Source: Macrostomum lignano
Taxonomy: Eukaryota
Reading direction: 5' to 3'
Assembly (NCBI GenBank): GCA_002269645.1
Contig: NIVC01001808.1
Span: 62,001-126,000 of the forward strand
DNA length: 64,000 bases
This document shows positions 38,232 to 57,077 of the stretch, in pieces. The notes below the pieces were generated by a model. The model was given only the letters and a program-made list of their open reading frames with translations. It made no database searches and was not told where the DNA came from. A program made the position numbers and the translations under genes. Every line of letters starts with the position of its first letter. The stretch's first letter is position 1.

Positions 38232-38692
38232 GCTCTCTCCCTTGCCCTCTCCCTTGCCCTCTCCCTTGCCTCCTCGCCCTCTCCCTTGCCCTCTCCCTTG
38301 CCCTCTCCCTTGTCTTCTCCCTTGTCTTCTCCCTTGCCCTCTCCCTTGTCTTCTCCCTTTCCATCTTCCTTGCCCTCTCCTTTGCCCTCTCCCTTGCCCT
38401 CTCCCTTGCCTTCTTGCCCTCTTTCTTGCCCTCGCCCATACCCTCTCCTTTACACTCTCCCTTTCCCTCTCCCATGCCCTCTAACTTGCCCTCTCCCTTG
38501 TCCTCTCCCTTGCCCTCTTCCTTGCCCTCTCCCTTGCCCTCTCCCTTGCCCTCTCCCTTGCCCTCTCCCTTGCCCCTCTCTTGCCTTCTCACTTGCCCTC
38601 TCCCTTGCCCTCTTCCTTGCCCTCCCCTGCTCTCTCCCATTGCCCTCTTCTTTCTCCTCTTGGCTCTCTTTTGTCTGTTCCCTCTCCCCCTT
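38232..38692. repeat. 12-bp pyrimidine-rich repeat
   Basis: Unit CTCTCCCTTGCC. Confidence 0.9.
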
Positions 38693-39384
38693 GACAAGTG
38701 ATAAAAAGTCAATGAATAGCATGTATCTGTCTATCAACTCGCAATCCGTTAGACTTGATAAACAAATGACTGCAAGTTTTACTCAAATAGAACAGTATAT
38801 TATTTAGAATGTACATTCGGCATTTTAGCTGATTACTAATAACTGATCAAATTGGCAAGACATAGGTGAGTGAATGGTCAGTCTCGAATATTTATATCAT
38901 TCGCAAATAGAAAATTCTATCGATCAAAGCTTAGTTCTCTACTGCCAGTAGGATGACAGACATTCGTTTGCAATTCAATGGTTTGCCGGAATGCGGTTGA
39001 AATCAGCGGTAAATTTTGGCGCAGAAGCCGAGTTTTGCAGTGCCGGTGAGTGCTGAGTTTCTGGTGCTGCGCACCACTCCTCTTATCGAAAGGGGGAAAC
39101 ATTTTAGATTTTACCGAGAATCCCAAAAGCCCCAACCAAATTCTCCCAATAATCTCAAATCCTCAAGTGTCCAAAGCCTTCATAATCAAGATTTCTCCAA
39201 TACTGTAGTCTTAAATCCCGAAAATTCCTATTGTTCCAATCTCGAAGATTTCAAATTTTTGATCTAAAAAATCTAAAACGCTTGAATCCTGAAAGCGTAA
39301 GTATTCCAAAATCCTGTAATTTAAAATATCTGGATTCTCAAGAATCTCAACTCCTCAAATTCTCAGAGTCCCATAAACATAAAC

Positions 39385-39995
39385 ATCAAGAATCCCAAGA
39401 ATCCTGAAATCCCAAGAATCCTGAAATCCCAAGAATCCTGAAATCCCAAAAAATCCTGAAATCCCAAGGATCTTTAAATCCCAAAAATCCCAAGAATCCT
39501 GAAATCCCAAGGATCCTTAAATCCCAAGAATCCTGATATCCCAAGAATCCTGAAATCCCAAGAATCCTGAAATCCCAAGAATCCTGAAATCCCAAGAATC
39601 CTGAAATCCCAAAAAATCCTGAAATCCCAAGGATCTTCAAATCCCAAAAATCCCAAGAATCCTGAAATCCCAAAGATCCTTAAATCCCAAGGATTTTTAA
39701 ATCCCAAGGATTTTTAAATCCCAAGGATTTTTGAATCCCAAGAATCCTGAAATCCCAAGAATCCTAAAATCCCAAGAATTCTGAAATCCCAAGAATCCTG
39801 AAATCCAAAAAATCCTGAAATCTCAAAAATGCTGAAATCCTAAGGATCTTTAAATCCCAAAAATCCCAAGAATCCTGAATTCTCAAGGATCGTTAAATCC
39901 CAATAATACTTTAATCCCAAGAATACTTTAATCCCAAGAATCCTTTAATTTCAACAATCCAACAATCCCAACAAATCCCAAGAATCCCAAAGAAT
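39385..39995. repeat. 17-bp minisatellite
   Basis: Unit AATCCCAAGAATCCTGA. Confidence 0.9.
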
Positions 39996-40046
39996 CCTTA
40001 CGTCCTAAATGTTCCTAAGCCACCCATCCAGATCCTTGGTGTGCCG

Positions 40047-46239
<6,193 letters not shown>

Positions 46240-46714
46240 GGCGGGAGGGAGGCAAAGGAAAAGAATGGCTCGCTGGCTCACACTGCCAGAGTGTAGCTGG
46301 GGTTCTTATCACTGCGCTGCTTAGGGAAACCCGAGGAGCTGGTTGGCTGTGGAGCGCTCGGCCTGATCGATATTGTCCGATCGACAGCCAACACCCCCCC
46401 CCCAGGTCTGATCTGTATGTCTGTTCTATGCCAGCACAGTATTGAATAAATTAATAATAGATATATTCAAACTATATGTCCTGAAGGCATATTCTGCGTT
46501 TAAAATCCAAGCCTGCTAGATCTGCCAGTTACAGCTGGGTTGTCTTTATGGGATTATAATCCCACTCAAGTGGGTTGGGAGAGTGGGAGATTCTAAAACG
46601 AGATCAGCGATTTCGACTACTCCGAGAGGAGCTTATCCACAGAAATTTTTGTTAACAAATTGCTGATTTCATCATTTCCTTTTGTCTGTCTTGACTCCTG
46701 GTCCTCTCTTCACC

Positions 46715-47840
46715 TCTCTCTTCCCAGTATCTCCCTCTCTTTCCCAGTATCTCCCTCTCTTTCCCAGTATCTCCCTCTCTTTCCCAGTATCTCCCTCTCT
46801 TTCCCAGTATCTCCCCTCTCTTCCCCAGTATCTCCCCTCTCTTTCCCAGTATCTCCCTCTCTTTCCCAGTATCTCCCTCTCTTTCCCAGTATCTCCCTCT
46901 CTTTCCCAGTATCTCCCTCTCTTTCCCAGTATCTCCCTCTCTTTCCCAGTATCTCCCTCTCTTCCCCAGTATCTCCCTCTCTTTCCCAGTATCTCCCCTC
47001 TCTTCCCCAGTATCTCCCTCTCTTTCCCAGTATCTCCCTCTCTTTCCCAGTATCTCCCTCTCTTTCCCAGTATCTCCCTCTCTTTCCCAGTATCTCCCTC
47101 TCTTTCCCAGTATCTCCCTCTCTTTCCCAGTATCTCCCTCTCTTCTCCAGTATCTCCCTCTCTTTTCCAGTATCTCCCTCTCTTTCCCAGTATCTCCCTC
47201 TCTTCTCCAGTATCTCCCTCTCTTTCCCAGTATCTCCCTCTCTTTCCCAGTATCTCCCTCTCTTTCCCAGTATCTCCCTCTCTTTCCCAGTATCTCCCTC
47301 TCTTTCCCAGTATCTCCCTCTCTTTCCCAGTATCTCCCTCTCTTTCCCAGTATCTCCCTCTCTTTCCCAGTATCTCCCTCTCTTTCCCAGTATCTCCCTC
47401 TCTTCCCCAGTATCTTCCCTCTCTTCCCCAGTATCTCCCTCTCTTTCCCAGTATCTCCCTCTCTTTCCCAGTATCTCCCTCTCTTTCCCAGTATCTCCCT
47501 CTCTTTCCCAGTATCTCCCTCTCTTTCCCAGTATCTCCCTCTCTTTCCCAGTATCTCCCTCTCTTTCCCAGTATCTCCCTCTCTTTCCCAGTATCTCCCT
47601 CTCTTTCCCAGTATCTCTCCTCTCTTCCCCAGTATCTCCCTCTCTTTCCCAGTATCTCCCCTCTCTTCCCCAGCATCTCTCTCTCTTCCTCAGTATCTCC
47701 CTCTCTTTCCCAGTATCTCCCTCTCTTTCCCAGTATCTCCCTCTCTTTCCCAGTATCTCTCCTCTCTTCCCCAGCATCCCCTCTCTTCCCCAGCATCCCA
47801 CTCTCTCTTCCCCCAGTATATATCTCTCTTCTCCAGTGTC
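46715..47840. repeat. 20-bp pyrimidine-rich minisatellite
   Basis: Unit TCTTTCCCAGTATCTCCCTC. Confidence 0.97.
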
Positions 47841-48894
47841 TCCCATTTCTTGGCAATCAACAGACAGAAAGCTCTTTCAGGCAATTTGTTTTCAATTTCT
47901 GCGCATCTGGATGCAGGAAATTCAAGCGGACGGGATCAGCAGAAGCGGCAAGTGAATGAAATTTCATGCCAGCGGTTCCTCTCCAGCCTTGCTCCCGAAA
48001 AAACCTCAAGCAAAAAAAGCTCTTCAAAAATGTAAATTATATTTTTTTGACTTGGCAAGAAAAAAAATCCAGTCCGATGGGAACTGCGCCCTTGCAGCCA
48101 GTCGCATTCCACAGAAAATGAAATTTCTTCCCTTCTCGCTTTACGCTTTTTATTTTGTCTTCTTTCATGCCAACAGAGCATATTCTGTATAAAAAGCCCT
48201 GTTTTTCGATTTAATTGTCAAAAGCTAAGATTTCTACTGGTAGTAAGCTTTGCGCATCTTTGCTTGTTTCAAATTAGGGAATTAATAAATTGTTTATTAA
48301 TGGAAGAAATACAGTCTGATCTGCCAACTTCGTCTGGACTGCTATTTGGGACATTTTAGATCAGCAGTTGATTTTAGACATAAGGGCATTATACATAAAT
48401 AGATTTTAGTAGATGTCGATTAAGGGGGGATTTGGTTGTCCAAGGGGGTGGACTATTGTTATTTACCTTAGATGAGCAGTTGTAGGTATTGCATTGGGGT
48501 ATTTGATTTTAGATATAAGAGCATTACGTATAAACAGGTTTTAGTAGATGTTGATCTAAGGGGGGTTTGAAGCAGGCTGTCCCAGAACTCCCCCAAGGCC
48601 TACCACTCACCAGGCATAGAGACAAGAGGAAAATTGCATACTTTACAAGTGTCCGTGAAATATGCGAGATTACTACTATATTTTATACTTTTACCTCAGG
48701 GCCGTCTCAGTCAACAGCAGCTGTCAACAGACAAAAATCTGTTTTATGAGACTAAAGAAAATTTGCATGATTGATAAATCGACGTTAAGGTCGACGTTTA
48801 TAGCAACTGTAGCTTCATGCTAATAATATTTCCACGAGACATCAAATAAAAAATGTTCCAATGTGTTTTTTAACAAATTTGTTATTTTACATGT

Positions 48895-48896
<2 letters not shown>

Positions 48897-48950
<54 letters not shown>
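48897..48950. repeat. (CT)n microsatellite upstream of the profilin-domain gene
   Basis: Directly visible. Confidence 0.95.
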
Positions 48951-48952
<2 letters not shown>

Positions 48953-49345
48953 CTCCTGCACCTTCGCCCGTCCCTCGCTCTGACTAGAGTGATCCCAGTT
49001 CGATATTTCGCATGTTGCACTCAGCGGGGGGTGAGGAAGGGCAGACAGTCGAGCTCCCAATGCGCACACAGGGAGCGCTCACTTTGTCCAATTTTCCAAG
49101 GCGAGCGCTGCGTCGCCAACCCCTGGAGCTCCGGGCTCACTGGATCGATTTGTAAGGCACAAATGTCAATAGACTGGGGCGCTAGCAGGAAGTTAAGTGC
49201 GCTGAGTAGACCCCCCCCCCCACACGTATTTATTCCACCTTGGCTGTTTATTTCCCTTTGCTCCAGAACATTCCAGTCACCAAGCCAGTTAGTAGTCTCT
49301 GCCGCCCCAGCCAGAAAGCCCCGGTCTGAATTCGATAGCGCTGAC

Positions 49346-52300
49346 ATGGCCGAAGCATCCGCGCCAGAGGACAGAGAAACTCGAAACAGCGGGAGCCGGG
49401 GCGGTTTCCGGTTCTTCTGGAAAAAGAAAAAATCTTCAAGCAGCGACGGCGAGACATCCCCAAGCGACGCCAAGCGAACAGGATGCGGTGGCCTCTTCAG
49501 GCGCAAAACTAGGAGCAAGGCGAAGTCGCCGGTAGGCTGCCGTTTCATGCTACTATTAGTAGATCTTGCCTCAGACCCCTGGTTCGATTCCGCCCGTACA
49601 CAGCCAGTCACATTCATTTGGGCCTTCGTACAGTATTGCCGCAACTCTCTCGCAAGCCTTATGCGGATATTTATATTTTAATAAAGACTTTGTTTCAATT
49701 AGGCTACAAGTATTTCTAACGGCTGATCCTCCACAATGTTCAACAACAAGACAGCTCGCTTGTTTGGACCATGTTGAGTTACCTGGGGTGGACTTACCGT
49801 ACCATCGGGAACCCTAGCGCAGGCATGAGTTATACCGTTTTGTTTCAGCAACTCGAGCAGAGATGGCTTTGGGGAAGCACTGTGCTGGATCCATGCATCC
49901 ATGCATCCATGTACAGCCTGAGTTTGACCAGTTCAATCGCGTTCTAAACCAACCGATACTGCAATGAAAAGAACTCCAAATGAGCAAAACCACCAATCAA
50001 TTGAGAACTATGAGTAGGTGAAATCACTCGTGCGCTTTTTCACTTAGCTGCAGGGGCTCCGTGCATCCGGAAACAGCGAGGAGGCGTTGCCGCCCATTTT
50101 GCTAACCCCTGGCGACCACGGGCAGCTGGTGCTGCGGTGTCGCGCAGGGAGTTCCGGTGGCGCCGGTGTCCGCAGCGCGGTCCCCCTCCAGAGAGTCTAA
50201 GAGGTGGATTGTCGCTCGCCCGGTAGGTAGCGGACGAGCTGGCGGAGATTCTCGGGCCTGAAAACGTCGGAGGGGTCCGGGTTTGGGCCGAGGTAGATGA
50301 GCCTGTCCTGAGTAAAGGCGGGGCATTCACAGATGAAGTGCTCCGCATTCTCGACACCGGAGAGGCAGAATGGGCATTCCTCACTCCGGATTTTTCCCTG
50401 CCTGGAGGTGACGATGCCTGGCAAAGCAGCCATGACCCGAGAGGGCCATGGTCACCGCCCTGATGTCCCTGCGGTTGAGTCCAAGCAGAGCCCTGCGCAG
50501 GGCGGAGGAAGGACAGGGGAGCCGTGCGGGATTGCCGGCAGTCGGGGGGGGGGGGTTAGCCCACCTCTCCCTGTGCTTAGAAGCCACCCACTGGTTGATC
50601 CGAGTGGTGACAAATCACTCGTACACAGTAATGGACGAAAAATAATGACACATGAGGCTTCGAGTTTCGAGTCTTAGATTGTAGAAAAAGTACGATTCTA
50701 CACCCAGTATTACATTTAGTATGTGATGAAGCGTTAACTCGTTTTATTGTCCTGATACCTGCTTTATAAAGCAGGAACAGCAGGAGCAGAAACCGGAGGT
50801 GTCAGCCAACCACAGCAACGCCCATCGGTCGCAGTCTCAGCCGCCGCCGCCGCCACCAACAGCAAGCCAGACGGTGCAGATCACATTCGACGATGTTGAA
50901 CTGCCAGACGTCTGTCACGGCAACGCCGATAGCGACGGAGGCAGCGTGCACTCGGTCTGCGAGGAGGTGGTCTGCGTGAAGGTCAAGGACGTCGAATCGG
51001 CCTGGGTTCGGCCGCCTGTGTCCGCTCCGGCCAAGGACGCCAAGCCGCGTTTGTCCCTGGCGAAGATGGCCAGCAAGGACGCGCCGGGGCCGGCGGCGGA
51101 TGGCCAGTCCAGCCGGCAGTCGGACGCCGGGATGTCCGCTGAAGCTACCGCAGCTGTAGAAGCCGCCATCGCTGCCGCGGCCAACGACGCCGAAGCTGAG
51201 GCGGAGCGGCAGCGGATTGCGGAGGCCAGATTTCAGCGAAAATCGGTTGACATGCGAAACGTCAAGGCTACGGGTGGCGTGAAGGTTTGTCGCTGTTATC
51301 ATTCGCGCTCAAATAGTTTTAAATGAGTAGCCCAGTGCTTAGTTTATGTATGGTACTCGTACCGGTAGACTGTCAAGACACACTGTGCACTAAACTGTAT
51401 GACATGGCCCAGGGACTATCAGGACACACTGTGCACTAAACTGTATGACATGGCCCAGGGACTATCAGGACACACTGTGCACTAAACTGTATGACATGGC
51501 CCAGGGACTATCAGGACACACTGTGCACTAAACTGTATGACATGGCCCAGGGACTATCAGGACACACTGTGCACTAAACTGTATGACATGGCCCAGGGAC
51601 TATCAGGACACACTGTGCACTAAACTGTATGACATGGCCCAGGGACTATCAGGACACACTGTGCACTAAACTGTATGACATGGCCCAGGGACTATCAGGA
51701 CACACTGTGCACTAAACTGTATGACATGGCCCAGAAACTATCAGGACACACTGTGCACTAAACTGTATGACATGGCCCAGGGACTATCAGGACACACTGT
51801 GCACTAAACTGTATGACATGGCCCAGGGACTATCAGGACACACTGTGCACTAAACTGTATGACATGGCCCAGAAACTATCAGGACATACTGTGCACTAAA
51901 CTGTATGACATGGCCCAGGGACTATCAGGACACACTGTGCACTATACTGTATGACATGGCCCGGGGATAATCAGGACACACTGTGCACTAAACTGTATGA
52001 CATGGCCCAGGGACTATCAGGACACACTGTGCACTAAACTGTATGACATGGCCCAGGGACTATCAGGACACACTGTGCACTAAACTGTATGACATGGCCC
52101 AGAAACTATCAGGACACACTGTGCACTAAACTGTATGACATGGCCCAGGGACTATCAGGACACACTGTGCACTAAACTGTATGACATGGCCCAGGGACTA
52201 TCAGGACACACTGTGCACTAAACTGTATGACATGGCCCAGGGACTATCAGGACACACTGTGCACTAAACTGTATGACATGGCCCAGGGACTATCAGGACA

Positions 52301-52904
52301 CTGTGCACTATACTGTATGACATGGCCCGGGGATAATCAGGACACTGTGTATCTAGATACTATACTATGGCATGATCAGGACACACTTATCCACCTTTGA
52401 CAAGGGACTCCAGACGCACTGACGTTGACTCACTGGAGACAAAACAAAAAGTGACTGCATGGAGCCAAAAACGAACCCTATCACCCGCAGATCGAGCAGA
52501 CACCGCAGTCGGATATGTGGTGGAACATCGTGAATAAAAGCCTGGTTGGCACCGGCCTGTTCAGCCGGGCAGTCGTGTGCAGCCTGACCACTGGCGGCGT
52601 GTTCGCCTGCAATCCGGCCGATTTCGCGCCAGCCGCCGAGCAAGTGGCCCTCCTGAGGCAAAATTTTCACAATCCGGGCGCTTTCTCGGCCGCCGGATTC
52701 GCTGTCGGCGGCATTCTGTACAAGGTCGAGCCCGAAGCTTGCACCAAAGAGCTGCTGTCTGGAGTGAACCTGCAGCACACGGAGGGCTTACTGATAGTGA
52801 AGTCTCGAACCGCGCTGATTGCCGCCGGATACACCGGAGGTCGCGGCCAGGCGCAGGAGACTCTGGGGGATCTGCGGGACCTGTTCGTGCAGCAGGGACT
52901 CTGA
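49346..52904 (+). CDS. Profilin-domain protein with ~240-aa N-terminal extension, 3 coding exons
   Basis: Exons 49346-49531, 50775-51284, 52491-52904, all phase 0 with GT-AG, giving 369 aa. The last 129 aa ([31 protein letters not shown]...GFAVGGILY...[15 protein letters not shown]...[13 protein letters not shown]) match the profilin pattern. The upstream exons have GC-rich coding-like composition. Profilin call ~0.9; fusion ~0.7. Confidence 0.75.
50032..50611 (-). mobile_element. 5'-truncated non-LTR retrotransposon (LINE) 3' fragment in intron of the profilin-domain gene
   Basis: Minus-strand translation '[28 protein letters not shown]-(frameshift)[22 protein letters not shown]' matches the C-terminal CCHC knuckle region of LINE ORF2. 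The 11-mer AAATCACTCGT flanks both sides (50021-50031, 50612-50622). Confidence 0.8.
51375..52350. repeat. 46-bp minisatellite (intronic)
   Basis: Unit GGACACACTGTGCACTAAACTGTATGACATGGCCCAGGGACTATCA. Confidence 0.97.
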
Positions 52905-53002
52905 GCGGGAGCTGACGCCTTTTGACTGCCAGATATGAATTGTACTAAAGTTGCTGTCTGTTGACTGTGCGAATGTTGACTGCATTTTGCCACTTGTGTG
53001 CT

Positions 53003-53855
53003 GTTCTGTGACTTCTACGATGTGATTTGTGCTGTTCTGTGACTTCTACGATGTGATTTGTGCTGTTCTGTGACTTCTACGATGTGATTTGTGCTGTTCT
53101 GTGACTTCTACGATGTGATTTGTGCTGTTCTGTGACTTCTACGATGTGATTTGCTCTGTTCTGTGACTTCTACGATGTGATTTGCTCTGTTCTGTGACTT
53201 CTACGATGTGATTTGCTCTGTTCTGTGACTTCTACGATGTGATTTGTGCTGTTCTGTGACTTCTACGATGTGATTTGTGCTGTTCTGTGACTTCTACGAT
53301 GTGATTTGTGCTGTTCTGTGACTTCTACGATGTGATTTTTGCTGTTCTGTGACTTCTACGATGTGATTTGTGCTGTTCTGTGACTTCTACGATGTGATTT
53401 GTGCTGTTCTGTGACTTCTACGATGTGATTTGTGCTGTTCTGTGACTTCTACGATGTGATTTTTGCTGTTCTGTGACTTCTACGATGTGATTTGTGCTGT
53501 TCTGTGACTTCTATGATGTGATTTGTGCTGTTCTGTGACTTCTACGATGTGATTTGTGCTGTTCTGTGACTTCTACGATGTGATTTGTGCTGTTCTGTAA
53601 CTTCTACGATGTGATTTTTGCTGTTCTGTGACTTCTACGATGTGATTTGTGCTGTTCTGTGACTTCTATGATGTGATTTGTGCTGTTCTGTGACTTCTAC
53701 GATGTGATTTGTGCTGTTCTGTGACTTCTATGATGTGATTTGTGCTGTTCTGTGACTTCCAAATTGTTATGTGCTGTTCTGTGACATCTAAATTGTGTTG
53801 TGTGCTGTTCTGTGACATCTAAATTGTGTTGTGTGCTGTTCTGTGACTTCTACAT
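53003..53855. repeat. 31-bp minisatellite
   Basis: Unit GTGCTGTTCTGTGACTTCTACGATGTGATTT. Confidence 0.97.
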
Positions 53856-54475
53856 AAATTGTATGCAATGCAGGGGGTGAGCTGTGGCGATGGTAAAATA
53901 TGATAAAATGTGTTGCACTGCCGTCTGCTGTGACAGCTGTGTTCTTTGCTTTGTGCTTTTGGCTAATCTTGCTAGACTGAAGCTTTAAACACGCTTGACT
54001 TACTGCACTTACATTGGTATTTGCTAATCTTTTTTTCCATTTTTTTCGCGTGTTTCGTATTCAGATCAAAGAAAGTCAGCATGACTTAAAAATAATGGTT
54101 TAATGCTGCCGTTACTACTGTATCCGTGTCTACTCTAAGCTGAAACAAATTGGAAAAAAATTATAGCCTGAATGTAAAGTAAATTTAACCATTCCTTCGT
54201 TTTTTGATGCTATATTTTTAGGACTTTTGAAACCACTATTGACCACTTAAAGTCAACATTGTCATTTGCTGTCGGAAGCTTAAATCGTTTTCTATTCGGT
54301 AAAGGTTTTTAAACTTTTTGGTGAAAGAACCAGCCTTTCGTGAAGTCGGTCTGTCTTCCTCTGCTTTGTATGCTTCAATAAAAACTTAGATGTACCAATA
54401 ATGAATCTACAGAGTCTTTAACATTGCTAGCCGGGGTCATTCGCTGTGGGGACTCGCTTTAATTAATCAAAATGC

Positions 54476-54924
54476 CCTAGGAGTGAAACCCTGCAGTCCT
54501 GGCTTTATAGCACGGGTCCTAGGAGTGAAACCCTGCAGTCCTGGCTTTATAGCACGGGTCCTAGGAGTGAAACCCTGCAGTCCTGGCTTTATAGCACGGG
54601 TCCTAGGAGTGAAACCCTGCAGTCCTGGCTTTATAGCACGAGTCCTATGAGTGAAACCCTGCAGTCCTGGCTTTATAGCACGAGTCCTAGGAGTGAAACC
54701 CTGCAGTCCTGGCTTTATAGCACGAGTCCTAGGAGTGAAACCCTGCAGTCCTGGCTTTATAGCACGAGTCCTAGGAGTGAAACCCTGCAGTCCTGGCTTT
54801 ATAGCACGAGTCCTAGGAGTGAAACCCTGCAGTCCTGGCTTTATAGCACGAGTCCTAGGAGTGAAACCCTGCAGTCCTGGCTTTATAGCACGGGTCCTAG
54901 GAGTGAAACCCTGCAGTCCTGGCT
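54476..54924. repeat. 42-bp minisatellite
   Basis: Unit CCTAGGAGTGAAACCCTGCAGTCCTGGCTTTATAGCACGAGT. Confidence 0.97.
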
Positions 54925-56337
54925 CAGGGTTCATCGGAAGTCAGAGTTTAAGGCAATGGCCTTTGACACGAGCGGCTCGTTAAACTCTGATGAGCATCAT
55001 TGCTTAAAATTTAAAAGGTTACCTCCACCTCGCCTATGTCTCACCTTTAATTCGTGCACCTAAAGTCACCCACCCCTTACTCTGCACCCACCCCTAAACT
55101 AGTTACATAAATAATAAATATTTGCCTGTCTAGAGGTGGAATCTCAGATAGAGAAAAGCGGACGGCTGCAAAGATGGAGGCACCGCTCATTAATTGTAAG
55201 TATTTGCCCTGCACAGCATGAGCGATATAATGAGCATTACTGGACAGCTGAGCGAGCGAACATCCAGAAGGTACCTAGCCAAGCGTCGCGACCGGTCGCT
55301 TCAAAAGACGAGTGAGTCTGTTCAGGTGGCATTGAATCGTCATGATCTAGAGCAAGAAGCTGGGTCACCCGAACATGCTGATGCTGTTGAGATCGTCGGT
55401 GAGACTGCAGTATCGACGGAGGTTAGTGTTTGTTCTGAAGCTGCCTATTCTGTTGGTACGAAGTTTGCCTTCAACAATTGCACCTGTCACGGATGTTCCT
55501 TTTATTAGGCATTTCTGTAGGCTCTACTTCTACAGAAATCAGCAAATTTTACTCCTAGAATTACTGAAAGAATAAGAACTACAGTCTAGTTTGTCTTTTT
55601 TATTTAATGACTTTTAGTACTTTGCTCCACCAGTATGATGTTTGTCAACTACAAACATTTACATGGTATACTGGCACTGTGGTTTTTATACTGAAAGTTA
55701 TTGACTGCCAACTCTTTATACTGTTATAAATTAATGCCACAAACTAACCGAGTCTATATAGTCAACGGCTGACTTTGACTTACAGTTGAAATATCCGCTA
55801 GCTCTTTCTAACCTAAAAGGTGACAAGTTGCCATAATCAGCAGAAACTAAAGCCAGCAATAAAAAAGCAACTGTCAAAAAAGAGGAAGCTTGCTATCGCT
55901 GGATGCAATAACGATTTTCAGGCTTGAAAATCTGAGTTCGATTACACAAACAGCGGCTGTATTCTCTTCTAGACAAACAAATCTAACTAAACTAAGAAAG
56001 CGCTTGAGACATACGAGAGGAAATTGTTGATGATTTACGAACTAGCTTTGCAGTTGCTTAAAGCCGCAAGTTTTAGATTTGAGCCGAGGTCTCCAGGAGG
56101 TCTCCTTGGCGCTCCGTAAAATTTGAAAATTAAAACTGGCTACAAGTAATGAAATATGAGCATTTGGTCAGCTTCCAATATCGGCAGAACTAATTTCTCA
56201 CTGATGAACCCCATCGGTCTTCGAAATATTTCTTTGAGAGGCGGTTGTTTCTACCCCTGTAATATTTAAAGAAATCGCCAGAAAACCGTCTCAACAACTA
56301 CTCTACTAACGTAAGCTTAATTTATTGTTCTCTGCAC

Positions 56338-57077
56338 CGTAGGCGTTGGAACGTTTCAAAAAGTGGGGGGGGGCAGGTTCAGTGACAGATTTAGGGGGGC
56401 GGGGGGGCACAGGGCGCACGCCCCCTTCGATTTAGATTTTTTATATGTAAAATGCACATTATCATGTACCGATTATTTTCAGAATCCATCTTGTCAGCGC
56501 TCATTTTAGCGCCGCAGGCACTCATTTTAGCGCCGCAGGCACTCATTTTAGCGCTGCAGGCACTCATTTTAGCGCCGCAGGCACTCATTTTAGCGCTGCA
56601 GACACTCATTTTAGCGCCGCAGGCACTCATTTTAGCGCCGCAGGCACTCATTTTAGCGCCGCAGGCACTCATTTTAGCGCCGCAGGCACTCATTTTAGCG
56701 CCGCAGGCACTCATTTTAGCGCCGCAGGCACTCATTTTAGCGCCGCAGGCACTCATTTTAGCGCTGCAGGCACTCATTTTAGCGCTGCAGGCACTCATTT
56801 TATCGTCGCAGGCACTCATTTTAGCGCCGCAGGCACTCATTTTAGCGCCGCAGGCACTCATTTTGGCGCCGCAGGCACTCATTTTGGCGCTGCAGGTGGT
56901 ATGTTTTGTCGCCCTGCAGCAAAATACATTCATGCAAAGCAGCAAAAACCAAAAATAAGCAAGAAGTCTACATTTTACATTTAAAATGTGGAGGGGCCAG
57001 ATACCTTTACGGGCCCCCCATTTTAAAAAGTGGAGGGGGGGTCATGGCCCCATTGGCCCCCCGTTCCTACGCATATG
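56338..57077. mobile_element. Non-autonomous hAT-type DNA transposon (MITE) with internal 21-bp tandem array
   Basis: Perfect 8-bp TSD CTCTGCAC (56330-56337, 57078-57085); 16-bp TIRs matching 13/16 (CGTAGGCGTTGGAACG vs CGTTCCTACGCATATG); GCACTCATTTTAGCGCCGCAG array at ~56490-56895. Confidence 0.8.

Noticed and set aside
29650-39140. Short coding-looking patches on the minus strand (e.g. IGDEDEIEAAARSWRAGQLRTVWQFR near 37690-37770; ORFs at 31828, 32459, 38005, 38917)
   Set aside because: No recognisable homology, and I could not chain them into a phase-consistent gene model.
55218-55508. 96-aa ORF, possibly a decayed DNA-transposon N-terminus
   Set aside because: No catalytic motif or termini identified, and the composition is unlike host exons.
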